53,869 bases of DNA from Octopus bimaculoides (GCF_001194135.2 NC_068990.1:18043629-18097497), one strand, 5' to 3'; positions 24,035 through 37,207 are shown, counted from the stretch's first letter. The notes: generated by a model not told the origin, from the sequence alone. A program made the numbers and translations.

Positions 24035-24880
24035 AATTTCATCCCAGTTTGATATTGTTTCCAAGCCCTTTTCTGTCATAACCCTGGATTGTTGAATTTG
24101 TGCATAGCGATATTGATGAAAGCGATGTTGATACAACCATACGCATGAATATGTAGTTCATTTCTAACAGGAGTTCTGTCGGAAATACATTAATGGTCAT
24201 GTTGGTATAATGATGGACGCTCAGGCAGTACGAAAGTAAGAAATTTGGTTGCATTACTCACCCTTGACTGAACTTAAATCTAGATTTAAAATCCAAGACA
24301 TAGCCTTGTACAGAGATAATCGTCTTTATATTTCTAACACCATAAACGGTAATAATCAAGATATAATAAAGAAACAATAAAGAAACAAAAAAAAAAGAAC
24401 CGATTAGTGCTTTAAAAACTTGAACTTAAAAATCACTGCAACTACAAACGAACGATAACTAGCTTCCTCGACGTTCTCTGAATTTGTAAATTTAAACCAT
24501 AACAAAAGAACATAGACGCTCAATGACAAAAAGTTAAACAAACAACCATATTTTTTAAGAACCTTGTTAGCAGAGTCTCCAACAACTCCTCATACAAACA
24601 TTCGATGAAGATGCAAACAAATACAATAGGGTACTGGAAAAGAGTGCATTTAGAGAGAAAAAGAATTGTTTGCTCTTAAGGCTGAACCATTTTCAGCAGA
24701 CAAAAAAATAACGTCACAGACACCATAACCGTAACGTACTTCTCTATATAGGCTAAAAGTAAACGTTAAGATTGCCAAAAAATTTCTAAGTATGATTTCT
24801 ACTTATTTTTCCATTGGAGACAATTATTCGATACTTTGTAACCGTCAATCTTGTGTGATTAATTACTGTAGGCGGGCAGT
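24035..24880 (+). pseudogene. Degenerate Penelope-like reverse transcriptase fragment
   Basis: Across frameshifts: QFDIVS (motif A), IQDIALYRD (LYRDD), LKITAT..SFLDV, SRVSNNSS..FDEDANKYNRVLEKSAF, KIAKKFL. Confidence 0.7.
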
Positions 24881-25204
24881 AAACACAGAAGGCCATGAAT
24901 AGCTCTGGGTTACTTAATAAGGCCTACAGCATGGAAAGCAATATTATGTGTGTGTGTATGTATGTATATATACACGTACGTACATAGATACATACATACA
25001 TATATATACATGCATACATACATACATTTTTCATACATACACACACATACCTATATATGGGTATATATGTATATTTATATACATACATACAGATACATAG
25101 ATATGTGTGTATGTGTGTGTATACATATACATATGCATATAAATATACATTACATTTATATGTGTGTGTTTGTGTGTGTATGTGCATGTGTGTGTCTGTG
25201 AATA

Positions 25205-25320
25205 TACACGAGTGGTTGCTGAAAAGTTCCTGGCTTTGGGTAAAAGAAAGTTCAGGAAGATCAGTTAATTATGATTTTATTCGACATATCCACCTCTTAG
25301 ATTTACACTCTTATTATAGC
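25205..25320. mobile_element. Mariner/Tc1-like terminal fragment
   Basis: TACACGAGTGGTTGCTGAAAAGTTCCTGGCTT resembles mariner TIR starts of the TACGAGGG...AAAAGTT type. No partner TIR found. Confidence 0.4.
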
Positions 25321-25379
25321 GCTCCTGAACTGTTGTATCAGCCACATCTTGATAACAATCTAGAAATCTTGTCCAGCGT

Positions 25380-25960
25380 TTTTCTTAAAAGCAAAGCTCG
25401 GAAAACAGTCGATGCTTTCACATTTTTGGGTTCTACAGTAACCAGCGATGTTAAACTCAATAGGGAAGTCCAAACTCATATTGGAAAGTTGAGTACAACT
25501 TTTGAGAAGCTTTATGATCGACTTTGAAATGATCATGATGTCTCAGTAAGAACAAAAATAGACGTGTAAATCCTAACAACTCTTTTATATAGTGCAGAAG
25601 CTTGGACAGAAGTAAGTCCTAACAACTCTTTTATATAGTGCAGAAGCTTGGACACCTTATCGTAAGCAAATCAGCCAACTGAACTGTTTTCATATCAGAT
25701 ATCTTAGACAAATATGCATGGGTAAGTGGAATGATCGAGTAAAGAATAGCACTATTCTGGAAATGTGTGGAAATGTGTACAGAAGCTTTCTTAATCAAGT
25801 CTCGGACACATCTCTTGCATGAATAATGGTGGGATGCCAAACAAATCTTTATGGTCAGCTTGTAAATTTACAATGCAATGTAGGCAAGCCATTTCTATAG
25901 TATGAGGACAAATTCAAAGGTAATTTGAAACGCTTGAATATTAGGAATTTTTCCACATTG
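25380..25960 (+). pseudogene. Degenerate RTE-clade LINE fragment
   Basis: VDAFTFLGSTVTSDVKLNREVQTHIGKLSTTFEKLYDRL*..RTKIDV..LTTLLYSAEAWT.YRKQISQLN.FH; 38-bp internal direct duplication. Confidence 0.8.
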
Positions 25961-26194
25961 TGATTTCTCAGCATGACCATGTATTAGTTTAAGGTGATGC
26001 TCATATATATAATGCTTTTGGTGGCCTGGGGACTCACATGAGTCACCGTGTGAAATGAATGAATTGTAAACATTGGTGAATAATAGTAATAGTAGTGTGA
26101 GTGTGGTTGATTGTCTGTCTAGTTGGATTCTTTTTTTTTTGTCTTCTCGATGGACACTCATACATCGTCTTCGACGTAATGTATGTATGTATGA

Positions 26195-26389
26195 TTCTGG
26201 CCTTGCTGAAGCATCGCCTTTTAGTCGAAGAAATTGAACCCAAGACTTATTCTTTGTATGCCTAGTACTTATTCTATTGGTCTCTTTTGCTGAACCGCTA
26301 AGTTACGGGGACGTAAACACACCAACATCGGTTGTCAAGCAATGGTGGAGGGGGAGACACAGTGGGACTGAACCCGGAACCATGTGGTT

Positions 26390-26395
<6 letters not shown>
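26195..26395 (-). mobile_element. SINE family A (head partly lost, internal deletion)
   Basis: ACCAACCACATGGTTCCGGGTTCAGTCCCACTGTG joined to TTGACAACCGATGTTGGTGTGTTTACGTCCCCGTAACTTAGCGGTTCAGCAAAAGAGACC. Confidence 0.8.
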
Positions 26396-26422
<27 letters not shown>

Positions 26423-26744
26423 NNNNNNNNNNNNNNNNNNNNNNNNNNNNNNNNNNNNNNNNNNNNNNNNNNNNNNNNNNNNNNNNNNTTGAAACTTCGA
26501 AATCACTGTCAATCTTTTCCTTGTAAAAATTGATAATGTATCCTATTAAAAACTGTTGATTGACTTGTCTCTCCTCTTCTTGTTACCAATACTGCACCCA
26601 TCTCCAATCCTTCCTCAACAGAAAATAAACCCGCTGGAATCACCTCCCCGCTCATGTTTTTCCAACAACTGCTGACTGGTAATATTGTAAACGAAACAAA
26701 AATGAAATCAGCCTCACAAGTCCTTGAAGCCTGATGGCACAATG

Positions 26745-26890
26745 GGCACTGGCCCTCCCTCTAAAACCAGCAAATAAAAACAACTCTCTAAAAAATAACG
26801 GAATGGTCATATGCTGGAATTCCTTTCATGAAAGGTATGCTTCATTAGAGTTGCCCTAGGGCTAAAAGCAACACGACGACGACGACGACC
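26745..26890 (+). mobile_element. Retroposon 3' end with (GAC)n tail
   Basis: ...GGAATGGTCATATGCTGGAATTCC...GGGCTAAAAGCAACACGACGACGACGAC, a microsatellite tail typical of RTE-mobilised elements. Confidence 0.45.
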
Positions 26891-27283
26891 ATTACCGTTG
26901 ACACCGATACGATCCGATTCTGTTCTGGTGAACATAGACTACAATTATTGACCGGCGAGAAATGGCAGCTCTCTCTCCCTCTTTTTCTCTTTTCGCCTCA
27001 TTTCTATCTTTCTTTCCTTGTTTCTCTCCTCCTATTTCTCTCTCTCTCCCCCTCTCTCTCTCCCCCTCTCTCTCTCTTTCTCTTTCTTTGTCATAAACAA
27101 GTTTACCAATTCTTTGATATTTTAAACGAACTAATAAAAAACAATAAACGAAACAGCAACTACAAGGACACCAGACAAAAAATGGTTGTGTATAAATCAA
27201 TGTCAGCATTTTGTTTGTTGTTGAGTGTGCTTGTGTGTGTGTACGTGCGTGTGTGCGTGTGTGCGTGCGTGCGTGTGTGCGTA

Positions 27284-27315
<32 letters not shown>

Positions 27316-27395
27316 AACAAAACTATAATAACCACATCAACCGTAATAACCACAACAAAAAGCACAAGAACAACAAAAGCCTCCATCATACATAA

Positions 27396-27473
27396 TTAAA
27401 AGGAAGTTTCCACTTCTGTGGAGTCACCTCCCTTTCTCTTTCGCTCTCCACAGAAGTGGAAACTTCCTTTTAA
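27396..27473. repeat. Perfect 28-bp inverted repeat, 22-nt loop, bounded by TTAA
   Basis: TTAAAAGGAAGTTTCCACTTCTGTGGAG (27396-27423) is the exact reverse complement of 27446-27473. Confidence 0.97.
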
Positions 27474-28437
27474 CATTATATATCGTCTGTCTAGAAGGTT
27501 ATATTTCAGTAAAAGTTACTTTTTGCTAAACGAACAACTGAAACAGTTTGTTAACAATTCCCAATGCCCTTTTGGCCAGTGGCAGGTATCTTTTTCAAAC
27601 TTGAAAGTGTTCGTCACAGGGTTATTATTAAATTTAGATAATATTTTCAAAGTGATTTCTTGTTAGGTGGCAATTTGATCAAACATACTACTCACACACA
27701 GACGTACACACACACTCTCTTATGAGACAGAGACACATACACACAAATATACAGTTATGCTCATATACATACTACAAAAGTACAACAACAAACAGACAAA
27801 AAAAGAAACATAATGAAAATATACAAAATAAATACATAAATACATAAATAAATAAATGATTATAGCAAAAACATTTTTATATCGATTTTCGAACCAATCA
27901 AAACGTGTCCAGATTTATTTCCTTCCCCGTGTTAGTAAAGGAAATTTGTGTGCAATGGAATGTTCAAATGCACCAACACACATGCAATCATGCATACATA
28001 CATATACATACATATGCATGCATATGTACGTACATACATACGTACATAATACATACATACATTGATACTCACGCATACACATACGTATAAACCAAATATA
28101 CACATTTCCACAAACGTGCATACAAGCATAGTGAAACAAAAAAAATCCCGCACACATATACACACGCTATGACGTCCTCGTTAATGTTAGCTTTCCATAA
28201 AATTTTTCTCCGTGTTCTAAATAGTTTGCCAAAGCTTGTCTGACACTTTACATTAGTGTCATATTTGCGAATCAAAGTTAGTTTTCCTATATCGAGTCTC
28301 TGGATAATAACATTAGCGTCAATAACCGGATAAACACCAAGTTCTCATTTAAAATTCATTCTCAAAGACATATGTGCGTTACTGATGTATCTTTAGTAGT
28401 ACGACACAGACACCGATATACATAGGTCTATATATAA

Positions 28438-28493
<56 letters not shown>

Positions 28494-28807
28494 ATGTGTA
28501 CGTATGTGTGCACGCGCGTATGTACGTATATGGGTATGTGTGAGTATATATATGTATACATGTATATATTTATGTGTGTGTATATATATATATATGTATA
28601 TATATACATATATATAAATACTCATACAAGCATATATATATATATATACATACACTCATACGTACATACATACATACATATATGCATGCAAACATGTATG
28701 CATACAAGTATGTATGCATACATATAATCCCCCCATATATATATGTATGTATATATGTATGCATGTATGTATATATGTATGCATGTATGTATATATGTAT
28801 ATATGTA

Positions 28808-28860
<53 letters not shown>

Positions 28861-30039
28861 NNNNNNNNNNNNNNNNNNNNNNNNNNNNNNNNNNNNNNNN
28901 NNNNNNNNNCTGCAGTAGATCCACTTTTGGGAAGTGTATTGTTGTAGTGTTGTCGTTTCCAAAGCTACCAACGATTTAGTCGTAACGCCACTCTGTATTA
29001 AATTTCCTTTCAAACATTTACAATGCATAAGACACAAAGGTGAAGATAAATGAGATTTTGTAACGTTCATATTATTCTCCTGAGTATGACTTGCTGTTGC
29101 TTTGATTATTTAGCCACAGGTCTGTCTCGGTTGAGCAAACTTACGACCGAAGCCAATCTAGCCGTGACCATCCTTTCTGTTCATATATACTCTATTGCAG
29201 TTTACATTATTCAATATATTTTCCTCATTGTATGCATGTGAGTGTGAATGTATTTTTATGAAAACTGAAGTGTCATTTCAGATAAATTTGGTAGCACGTA
29301 GAGTCCCATTTGCTAACAAATAAGAGAATCAAATGCAGACCAGGAATTTGGTCAGGAAATTTGTTGGTGCCTTGTCTGTTGTCCAATAAAGGTTCCTCAT
29401 AGACAACCTGAAAATATCTTCGGTAGGCTGAAACTGGTTAATATATTTATTAGTAATGGTGAATAGGAAGTTGCATTCTTCACTGTTGTTGCTATAAACC
29501 GATAATAGTCGGCTTAATCCGGTGTACGCATGAAGTAGTATTAAACTAAAATAATCATCTATATATCATACTTAATGTATATACACCATTGACAGGCAAA
29601 TTACATCGGTTTTCGTTAGACATAAATCCTCTTATAGATGTAATGTGTTAAAAACCCAATATATATCGGACGGAGATAAAAAAAATCATCCCAGCAGATT
29701 CTAGCGAGAACACCAGATGCCAGCGAGAACACCAGATACATTTCGTCTCCCTCCGCTATATATTGTGTTTTTGAACAGAGTACATATCTAAGAAATTTCT
29801 TTCCTCAGACGAAGACCAAATTAACTTGCCTGTCAACGGTATATATATACATTAAATAAGAAACATTAGATGACTATTTTATTATCGGCTTAAATTAAGC
29901 GAGATTACATTTTCGAGATTACATTCGAAACCAGAATGCACCATCGGATTGCTGAGAGTTTAGACAATGTCTTTGTTAAGGACATTTCCTGAAACGAGAT
30001 CGCAATTTAGGGAAGTCTACATCTATATTATATTGATTT

Positions 30040-30250
30040 CAAATTATGGTACACGGCCATCAATATTAGGGGAAGGAGAAAGTCGGTTACATCGACTCCA
30101 GTATTTGACTAGTATTTTATTTTATCAACCTCGAAAGGATGAAAAGCAAAATTGACTTCGGTAGATTTGAACTCAGGACGTAAAGTGCCGATAGATTGCC
30201 GCTAAGCATTTTGTCCGACATCAGACGATTCTGCCAGATCACCGCATTAC
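30040..30250 (-). mobile_element. SINE family B, diverged copy
   Basis: Colinear with 2884-3098. Confidence 0.75.
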
Positions 30251-30264
30251 TATCTCTATATTAT

Positions 30265-30520
30265 AAACTAGCACTTTGCCTGTTATGACGAGAGGGTTTC
30301 CAGTTGATCCGATCAAGAGAACAGCCTGCTCGTGAAATTAACTTGCAAACGGCTGAGCTGTCCACAGACACACGTACCCTTTACGTAGTTCTTAGAGAGA
30401 TCCTGCGTACCAAGGAATGTGACAGGGTTGGTCCATTGAACTACTGGTACAACTCTTTTTTGTCAGCTAAGTGGATTGGAGCAACGTAAAATAAAGTGAG
30501 CCGAATACTTAACCACCAAG
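30265..30520 (-). mobile_element. Third SINE-like repeat family (C)
   Basis: Shared with 33535-33780 and partly with 33185-33290 (AATTAACTTGCA...GACACACGTACCCTT...GGTACAACTC). Confidence 0.6.
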
Positions 30521-31009
30521 TGATACGTCTTCACCTCTATAGTAAACACGGTTACATATATAATTGTATGGTTAAGAAGTTCTCTCGGTGCTGCAGCTTG
30601 AGCAAATGTATTCCATCATAGGTGAGTCAACCAATGCATTTTGAGTGAAATTTGATAAATGAAAACTTTGGAGCCTCGTCGAAAGTATAGTTTTGTATTT
30701 CGATGGTAGATTAATCCGTCATATTTAACATCACCACTTGACTCATATGTCTTATTAGAGGACAAACATTCTTACAGCATACAACCTAAGTCTCCAACCT
30801 GGTTCGTATGCTGGTAAGAAGTGCATATATATATATGTATGTTTTTCTTTGAGTTTTATTTAAGTTCTAAAGAGAGTTCAAGTCGGTCGCTAACAAGCAG
30901 ATAAGACTTTTTGAGTCAAGAGAGTTCCCGCTGTATGTAAATATATACCTGAGTTGGTGTGTTGGTCGAACTGTCTGTCGGTACATTCACCCAAGTGTAT
31001 GCATCGATA

Positions 31010-31720
31010 GCTGTAACTTCCGCATTAATTCATCATAAATGATCTTTTTTTCCTGGACTTTTGATGGTACATTAACATCCACTGGGTAGCTAACCTCTAC
31101 ACCAATACAGTGCATGACTTTTGTTCCCTGTCCCACAGATCAATAACAGGTATGTTACGTTTGCACTGAATTGCTGTTTTTACTGGTGTGTTTCACTAAT
31201 ATTCCTTGGTTTTGAAGACGTGAACACATGTTAGTTCCGACATGCCTTTCATCTATATGCCACGGCAATCTCTTCTGCCAATAGCATGTATATAGTCTTT
31301 GCAACTATATCATTTGTCAGAGGCAGGTAGTATCTCGTAGACATTTTGCGACAGCTACTGATGATGTGGGCGATATATTCCACACTGGTAAAACAGAGCC
31401 GGCATTTTCTATCACAACATGGAAGTATGGTGGTGTCTTTGTCTCTCTCATTTATCAGGTATTTGATATCTATCTCTTGTTATTGGATAGCGAAGGCATA
31501 TCCTACTAGATAAGATGTAATGTATCTATCACAGGTCTAGGAGAGGTTACACTTCCTGTCAATGTTGTTATCCTCTAGCTTACAGGATATCTACTAATGC
31601 ATTGCTTTTTGTTGGTATGATGCCTGCTTCTCCAGCAAACTTCTGTTTAGGTAGGTCAGTCCAGCCTCCTTTGGCTTGGTTGAGACAGTTGTACTCTAAG
31701 ATTATCTGCACAGTACTTCT
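31010..31720 (-). pseudogene. Degenerate RLE-type (R4/NeSL-like) retrotransposon C-terminus
   Basis: GYAFAIQ*QEIDIKYL..DRKCRLCFTSVEYIAHIISSCRKMSTRYYLPL..DIVAKTIY; LWDREQKSCTV..VSYPVDVNVPSKVQEKKIIYDELMRKLQL. Confidence 0.8.
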
Positions 31721-31964
31721 CCAACTTTGAAGACGTTGTTGCTCTCACTTTTGAGTATGCATGGAATGTATTGTTATTGTTTCTTACAGTTCGCTGTCCA
31801 CTTTTTGTTCTCTATACCGGCCACTCTCTGCTTGATGCTTACAAACTTCCTACACTCGGATCCGTGGATTGTACCCTTATACATACGTGCATACATACAT
31901 GTATGTATGCATGTATGTATGTATGTACATGTAAATATGCATATTTGTGAGAGTGTGTCTTTCT

Positions 31965-32165
31965 AATTGTGCTTGTTCTTCCACCGCTTGACAAACTGTG
32001 TTGGTTTGTTTATGTCCCCGTATCATAGCAATCTAACGAAAATAGTCCAATACAATAAGTACCAGACTTAAAAATTGTATTAGGGTCGATCTGTTCGACT
32101 AAAGTCCTTCAAGGTGAAGCCCCAGCATGGGCGTAATCCAATGATTGAAACAAGTAAATGAAAGA
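31965..32165 (+). mobile_element. SINE family A, 3' half
   Basis: CCACCGCTTGACAAACTGTGTTGGTTTGTTTATGTCCCCG...GGGTCGATCTGTTCGACTAAAG...CCCAGCATGG. Confidence 0.75.
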
Positions 32166-32526
32166 CATAAAAGGCCATAAACAATTGTTAATTATCTTTT
32201 TTACTGTGATTTAGGTTTTGTATATTTGTCGTATTTTTGAGTATATAAGGCGAACAAAGTTATAACAGAATTAAAGATCAAAGATGGGTTGTTACATTAT
32301 ATATGTGAAAGATCATCGATGACCTTTCAGATTCATCAGTTTTAGACGCTTTTTGATAGACTGTGTTTATTATTTTAATGGCTTTAGTCATAACTTGTTT
32401 GTTTTTGACTTAGTCTATTCTCATCATAAGTTTCCTGACGTTAAACTCTTCAGGATTTACGTAGCAGTATCTCCTCTTTTATCTTCATTATAACTCCATC
32501 TTGTACATATACATACATACACACAC

Positions 32527-32630
<104 letters not shown>

Positions 32631-33534
32631 CGTGAGAGAGTTAGGGGTTATATATATATGTACGCATATATATATATTACACATGTATATATACATATAT
32701 AGTACAGACATATGTATACATGCACACACACACGCACCCACACACGCACCCACACACATGTATGTGTGTGTGCGTGTGCGTGTGCGTGTGCGTGCGCACA
32801 CGTGTTTGTGTATATGTACATATATATGTATCTACTGATATATATTTTATGACATGAACCATCTTATTAAGAAAAAAAAAACTTAATAAAGACAAATATG
32901 AACAAAGAACAAACATTTATAGATAAAAAATTGCAATCAAGTAAAATACCACTTTGATTGGTTAAAGAGCTTCATTTCCGGTTGTTAATTCGTTGAAACT
33001 ACAAAAGTGTCCGGCGGCATAAATTAGAAATCAGACTCACTTCGCCAGACTAATGAGGTTGGTGGTTTGCAGTGTCATTGATACATATATATCCACAGTT
33101 GTGACATCACAATGACACAGACAGAAACACACACAGTGTTGGTGGATCTCCGTCGTCTGAGGATGCGGAATAAGTTCTTTTCCAAACTAACTGAATCATC
33201 TGGTGCTGAATTAACTTGCAATTAGCTGAGATTTCCTTAGACACGTGTACCCTTAATGTAATTGTCTGGCGGAATCTGTGAGTTCCAGTGTGTGAAAAGA
33301 CTGCACAATCTACCCAACGGGCTTCTATGTAGTTTACGTCTATCCAGTTTTCAATTTTGTTCAAAAGGTACCCGAAATTACAGAAAATTACATTTAACTA
33401 AGGTGACATGCAGTGGTTCCGAAGCGAACTTCTTAGACGTTTTACCATATTGCGCTTACACATATCACCCACCCACCCACTACCCACCAATGTGTGTGAG
33501 TGTGTGTGTATATATGTGTCTGTATCAATTTAAC

Positions 33535-33780
33535 TGGCTCTACATTGGTTACAACGACGAGTGTTCCAGTTTATCCGGTCGACAGAAATGTCTGTTCGTG
33601 AAATCAACGTGCAAGTGAGGCAGAAAATTACAAGGCTGGCCCTTTGAATAACAGGTACAACTCATTTGTGCCTGTTGAGTCGATCGAGCAACGGGAAATT
33701 TGCTGAAAGACACAACGTGCCGGCAGGAATCGGACTTATGACCTTACAATTGTGAAGCGAATACCCTAAACACTAAGCCT
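33535..33780 (-). mobile_element. SINE-like family C copy
   Basis: Similar to 30265-30520; B-box-like CGTAAGTCCGATTCCTGCCGG near its 5' end. Confidence 0.55.
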
Positions 33781-33786
33781 TGCAAT

Positions 33787-33821
<35 letters not shown>

Positions 33822-33914
33822 TTGTATTTGATTTTATTGACATCAGAAAGATGAAAAGCAGTTGGCCTATTAAGAGTAGGGACACATTTTTTCTTGGCGT
33901 TTTAACGATTCAGG

Positions 33915-34170
33915 CAATCCATCGCTTTCTTGCCATTACTACAATAGCGGTTTCTGTATGGTCCCATACCACCACCACCACCACCACTTGAACATCCCTG
34001 ACCAACTCGTCTCTCCACCTTTCGACACCCTTATTACACTCATCTGAATCCCCTAGCCTCTCACTAAGAACTACACTCAGTCTTTTCTTCTCCAGAACTT
34101 TAAACCTTTAGAATCTTCCCTCCTGTAATTGTTGATCTGCAACAGTTAAATAGACCATAAATGGCATCAC
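33915..34170 (+). pseudogene. CR1/Jockey-like LINE 3' fragment, highly decayed
   Basis: LSCHYYNSGF...THLNPLASH..YTQSFLLQN..NL, which resembles the YRYY.G.CS...SFF.RT..LWN tail motif. Confidence 0.4.
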
Positions 34171-34234
34171 ACTTACACCGGTCTGGTTAGGATTGCAAAA
34201 GATTATGGGCCTCTTCTTCTAGACTAAAAATATG

Positions 34235-34404
34235 TGTGTGTTGGCGCAGTAATTCTTGTGTGCTTAAGAGGCTCGCTTTGCAACCACCTGGCTTCAGATG
34301 CAGTCTCAAAGCGCAACACCTTGGACAGGTGTCTTCTACTATAGATCCACGTTGACCAATCCCTTGCGAGTGACTTTGGTAGACGGAAGCTGTGAGGAAG
34401 CCCG

Positions 34405-34479
<75 letters not shown>

Positions 34480-34785
34480 NNNNNNNNNNNNNNNNNNNNN
34501 NNNNNNNNNNNNNNNNNNNNNNNNNNNNNNNNNNNNNNNNNNNNNNNNNNNNNNNNNNNNNNNNNNNNNNNNNNNNNNNNNNNNNNNNNNNNNNNNNNNN
34601 NNNNNNNNNNNNNNNNNNNNNNNNNNNNNNNNNNNNNNNNNNNNNNNNNNNNNNNNNNNNNNNNNNNNNNNNNNNNNNNNNNNNNNNNNNNNNNNNNNNN
34701 NNNNNNNNNNNNNNNNNNTTCACGGTGATGATCCAGCATGATCGCAGGCCACTGACTAAAGCAAATGAAAAAATAAAAGACTGAC
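34235..34785 (+). mobile_element. SINE family A spanning a (CA)n tract and an assembly gap
   Basis: Head and CORE-like part at 34235-34410; 3' end (CAGCATGATCGCAGGCCACTGACTAAAGC) at 34719-34785. Confidence 0.75.
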
Positions 34786-34883
34786 AATAAGAAGATAAAT
34801 CAATTAATTTATTTCTATCAAATTCTTGCAATAACTAAAAATCAACATTTTAATTTTATTCAGTTAGTTTCACTAGACTGTGC

Positions 34884-34919
<36 letters not shown>

Positions 34920-35026
34920 GAGGTAGCTTTGTCTTCTTTTGCTATGCTTCAAATAACATCCAAATTCCACTCAAATCACACGTTACCATCATATAAAAAC
35001 GAAGTAATGCATTACAGTGACAAAGA

Positions 35027-35378
35027 CAATGGTTCTCAACAGAGGGTCGAAATGACTCCTAGGGATCCATATAAGATTTTTTTGAGTCAGGGGATCCATG
35101 CAAGTAAAATAGTAAATTTTACTTGCATGGATACAGTAGTATATTAAGGGTTCATGAAAAAGCTTTGCTTTAAACGTATTTATTGCAAGAAACAGCTAGG
35201 TTTCGTTCTCTAACATTATTCATTGTTCAACCCACACAAGTTACTGTGTAAAGCAAAATAGGAATTTTGAAAGAAGTATCTATAAATCTAGTTTTTAAAC
35301 GACGAATGGCTATGGGGTCAACCAGAGTAATATAGTAATCAAGGGGTCCATAGATAAAAAAGTGGTTGAGAAACACTG
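35027..35378. mobile_element. hAT (Charlie-like) MITE
   Basis: TIRs CAATGGTTCTCAAC / GTTGAGAAACACTG with a perfect 8-bp TSD GACAAAGA at 35019-35026 and 35379-35386. Confidence 0.92.
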
Positions 35379-35835
35379 GACAAAGAAAATATTGAATACA
35401 TTGATAGAGAATAAGATGGTGAATAAGGGGTTGGGGTTTTGTGAGCATAGCTTGAACTTTTTCATCACAGATCTGCTCGATGGAAGCTTTAGTGCATAAG
35501 GTTTGGCTAAAACAACAACGACCACAAAAGCAAGAACAACTGCAACAGTAAGAACTACTATAAAAACAACAGCAACAGCGTAGCAAACAGCTAACTTGAT
35601 TAATCTCATGTAAGTACCCAGCCTACATGATAACATAGAAAGAAACACATAAGCACACATATAAATAAGTAAACGAATATAAAAATACAGCAAGATTCTT
35701 TCTATTTAAGATGTTTTGCGAGTGTTATTTTTTCTCGTTTATTTAAGTCACAATTATATGTTCGTATATTTTCTTTTCTTATTACATTCAACCAAACAGC
35801 TAGCGTTTATCTTTAGAGATAAACCATTTATCTGA

Positions 35836-35883
<48 letters not shown>

Positions 35884-36080
35884 CCCTTCATTTTTGTGAT
35901 TGCTTCCTCTCTTTTTGTCTTTCTCTTCAATCCTCTCTCTGTCTCATCTCACTGATTGTCTATTATTCTTTAATATCTTATGTTGTCTAATTTTGGTAGC
36001 ATAGAGAAGAGACAGAGTAGATATTTTAGTCGCTTTACGCGTACCAGTTCTTTATATATATGCACACACACATTCATACA

Positions 36081-36133
<53 letters not shown>

Positions 36134-36384
36134 TGTACAAAATACAATCGCTTTAGTATTAAGGCTTCTCAGCTATTTTTTATTATTCATCTGTTTTCCT
36201 CTCTGTCGCTGTTCCGAATTTGATTTATTTTTATTTGCTTTTATGAGATTGTTTTAAAAAATATTATATTATTCTGGTAGGGTATAATAGTATAATAATA
36301 TCTATATTGACCGTTATATTTACAGCTATTTTTGTATACAACCCTCAAAATAAAGCGAATCCTATCTTCCGTAATGTGTGTGTA

Positions 36385-36416
<32 letters not shown>

Positions 36417-36569
36417 TATGTGTGTGTGTGTGTATGTGTGTGTGTGTGTGTACACTCATAAATGTATATATATCTATATGTATACATATATACATGTGTA
36501 CATAAATAGACATAAACCCACACACGCATACACACACGCAAATATATATATATATATTTATATGTATCC

Positions 36570-36614
<45 letters not shown>

Positions 36615-36918
36615 CATTGACTTTCTCTTTCTTTCTCTTTCTGTTTCACACACGCGCATTATAATTCCGTTTTGCCATAAGACTACCACCAATCAACAAT
36701 TGATACCACACTGTATATTATATTTATAATGCATCTATTCTGGCGACGAGGAAATGTGAAATCGCTGACGTTCTCCGTTTCATTCGTGTGTGTGTGAATG
36801 TATATATATATATACATACATGTATGTATATATACATGCTAAATATATGTATGCGTGTATGTATGCACATATGTAGATATATATATGTTTGTATATGTAT
36901 ATATATAGATACATATAT

Positions 36919-36949
<31 letters not shown>

Positions 36950-37207
36950 CATACACACACTCACACATTATAGAAAAATAGATAGATAGACAGATAGATA
37001 GATAGATAGAGTGAGTGAGAGAGATAACTAATCACATACATGTATGCTTTAACATTAGAATAGTTAAATTATTAAGTAGTTATGAACAACAAGCATTTAC
37101 TGGTAAAAAGACTCAATAGTTTTAGTAGAGGAAAATTTATTATACAAACACACCTACGCACGCACACACCTACGCACGCACACACCTACGCACGCACACA
37201 CCTACGC

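Noticed and set aside
24160-24225. Apparent 65-nt plus-strand exon EFCRKYINGHVGIMMDAQAVR with good AG/GT sites
   Set aside because: It lies between the QFDIVS and LYRD motifs of the decayed Penelope RT.
26566-26733. 55-codon plus-strand frame and possible exon 26621-26678
   Set aside because: No homology recognised. It sits between a gap and a retroposon 3' end and is probably part of that element.
32300-32345. CTGATGA-ATCT-GAAA on the minus strand with a palindromic stem III
   Set aside because: A four-nucleotide spacer cannot form stem II, and stem I does not pair.
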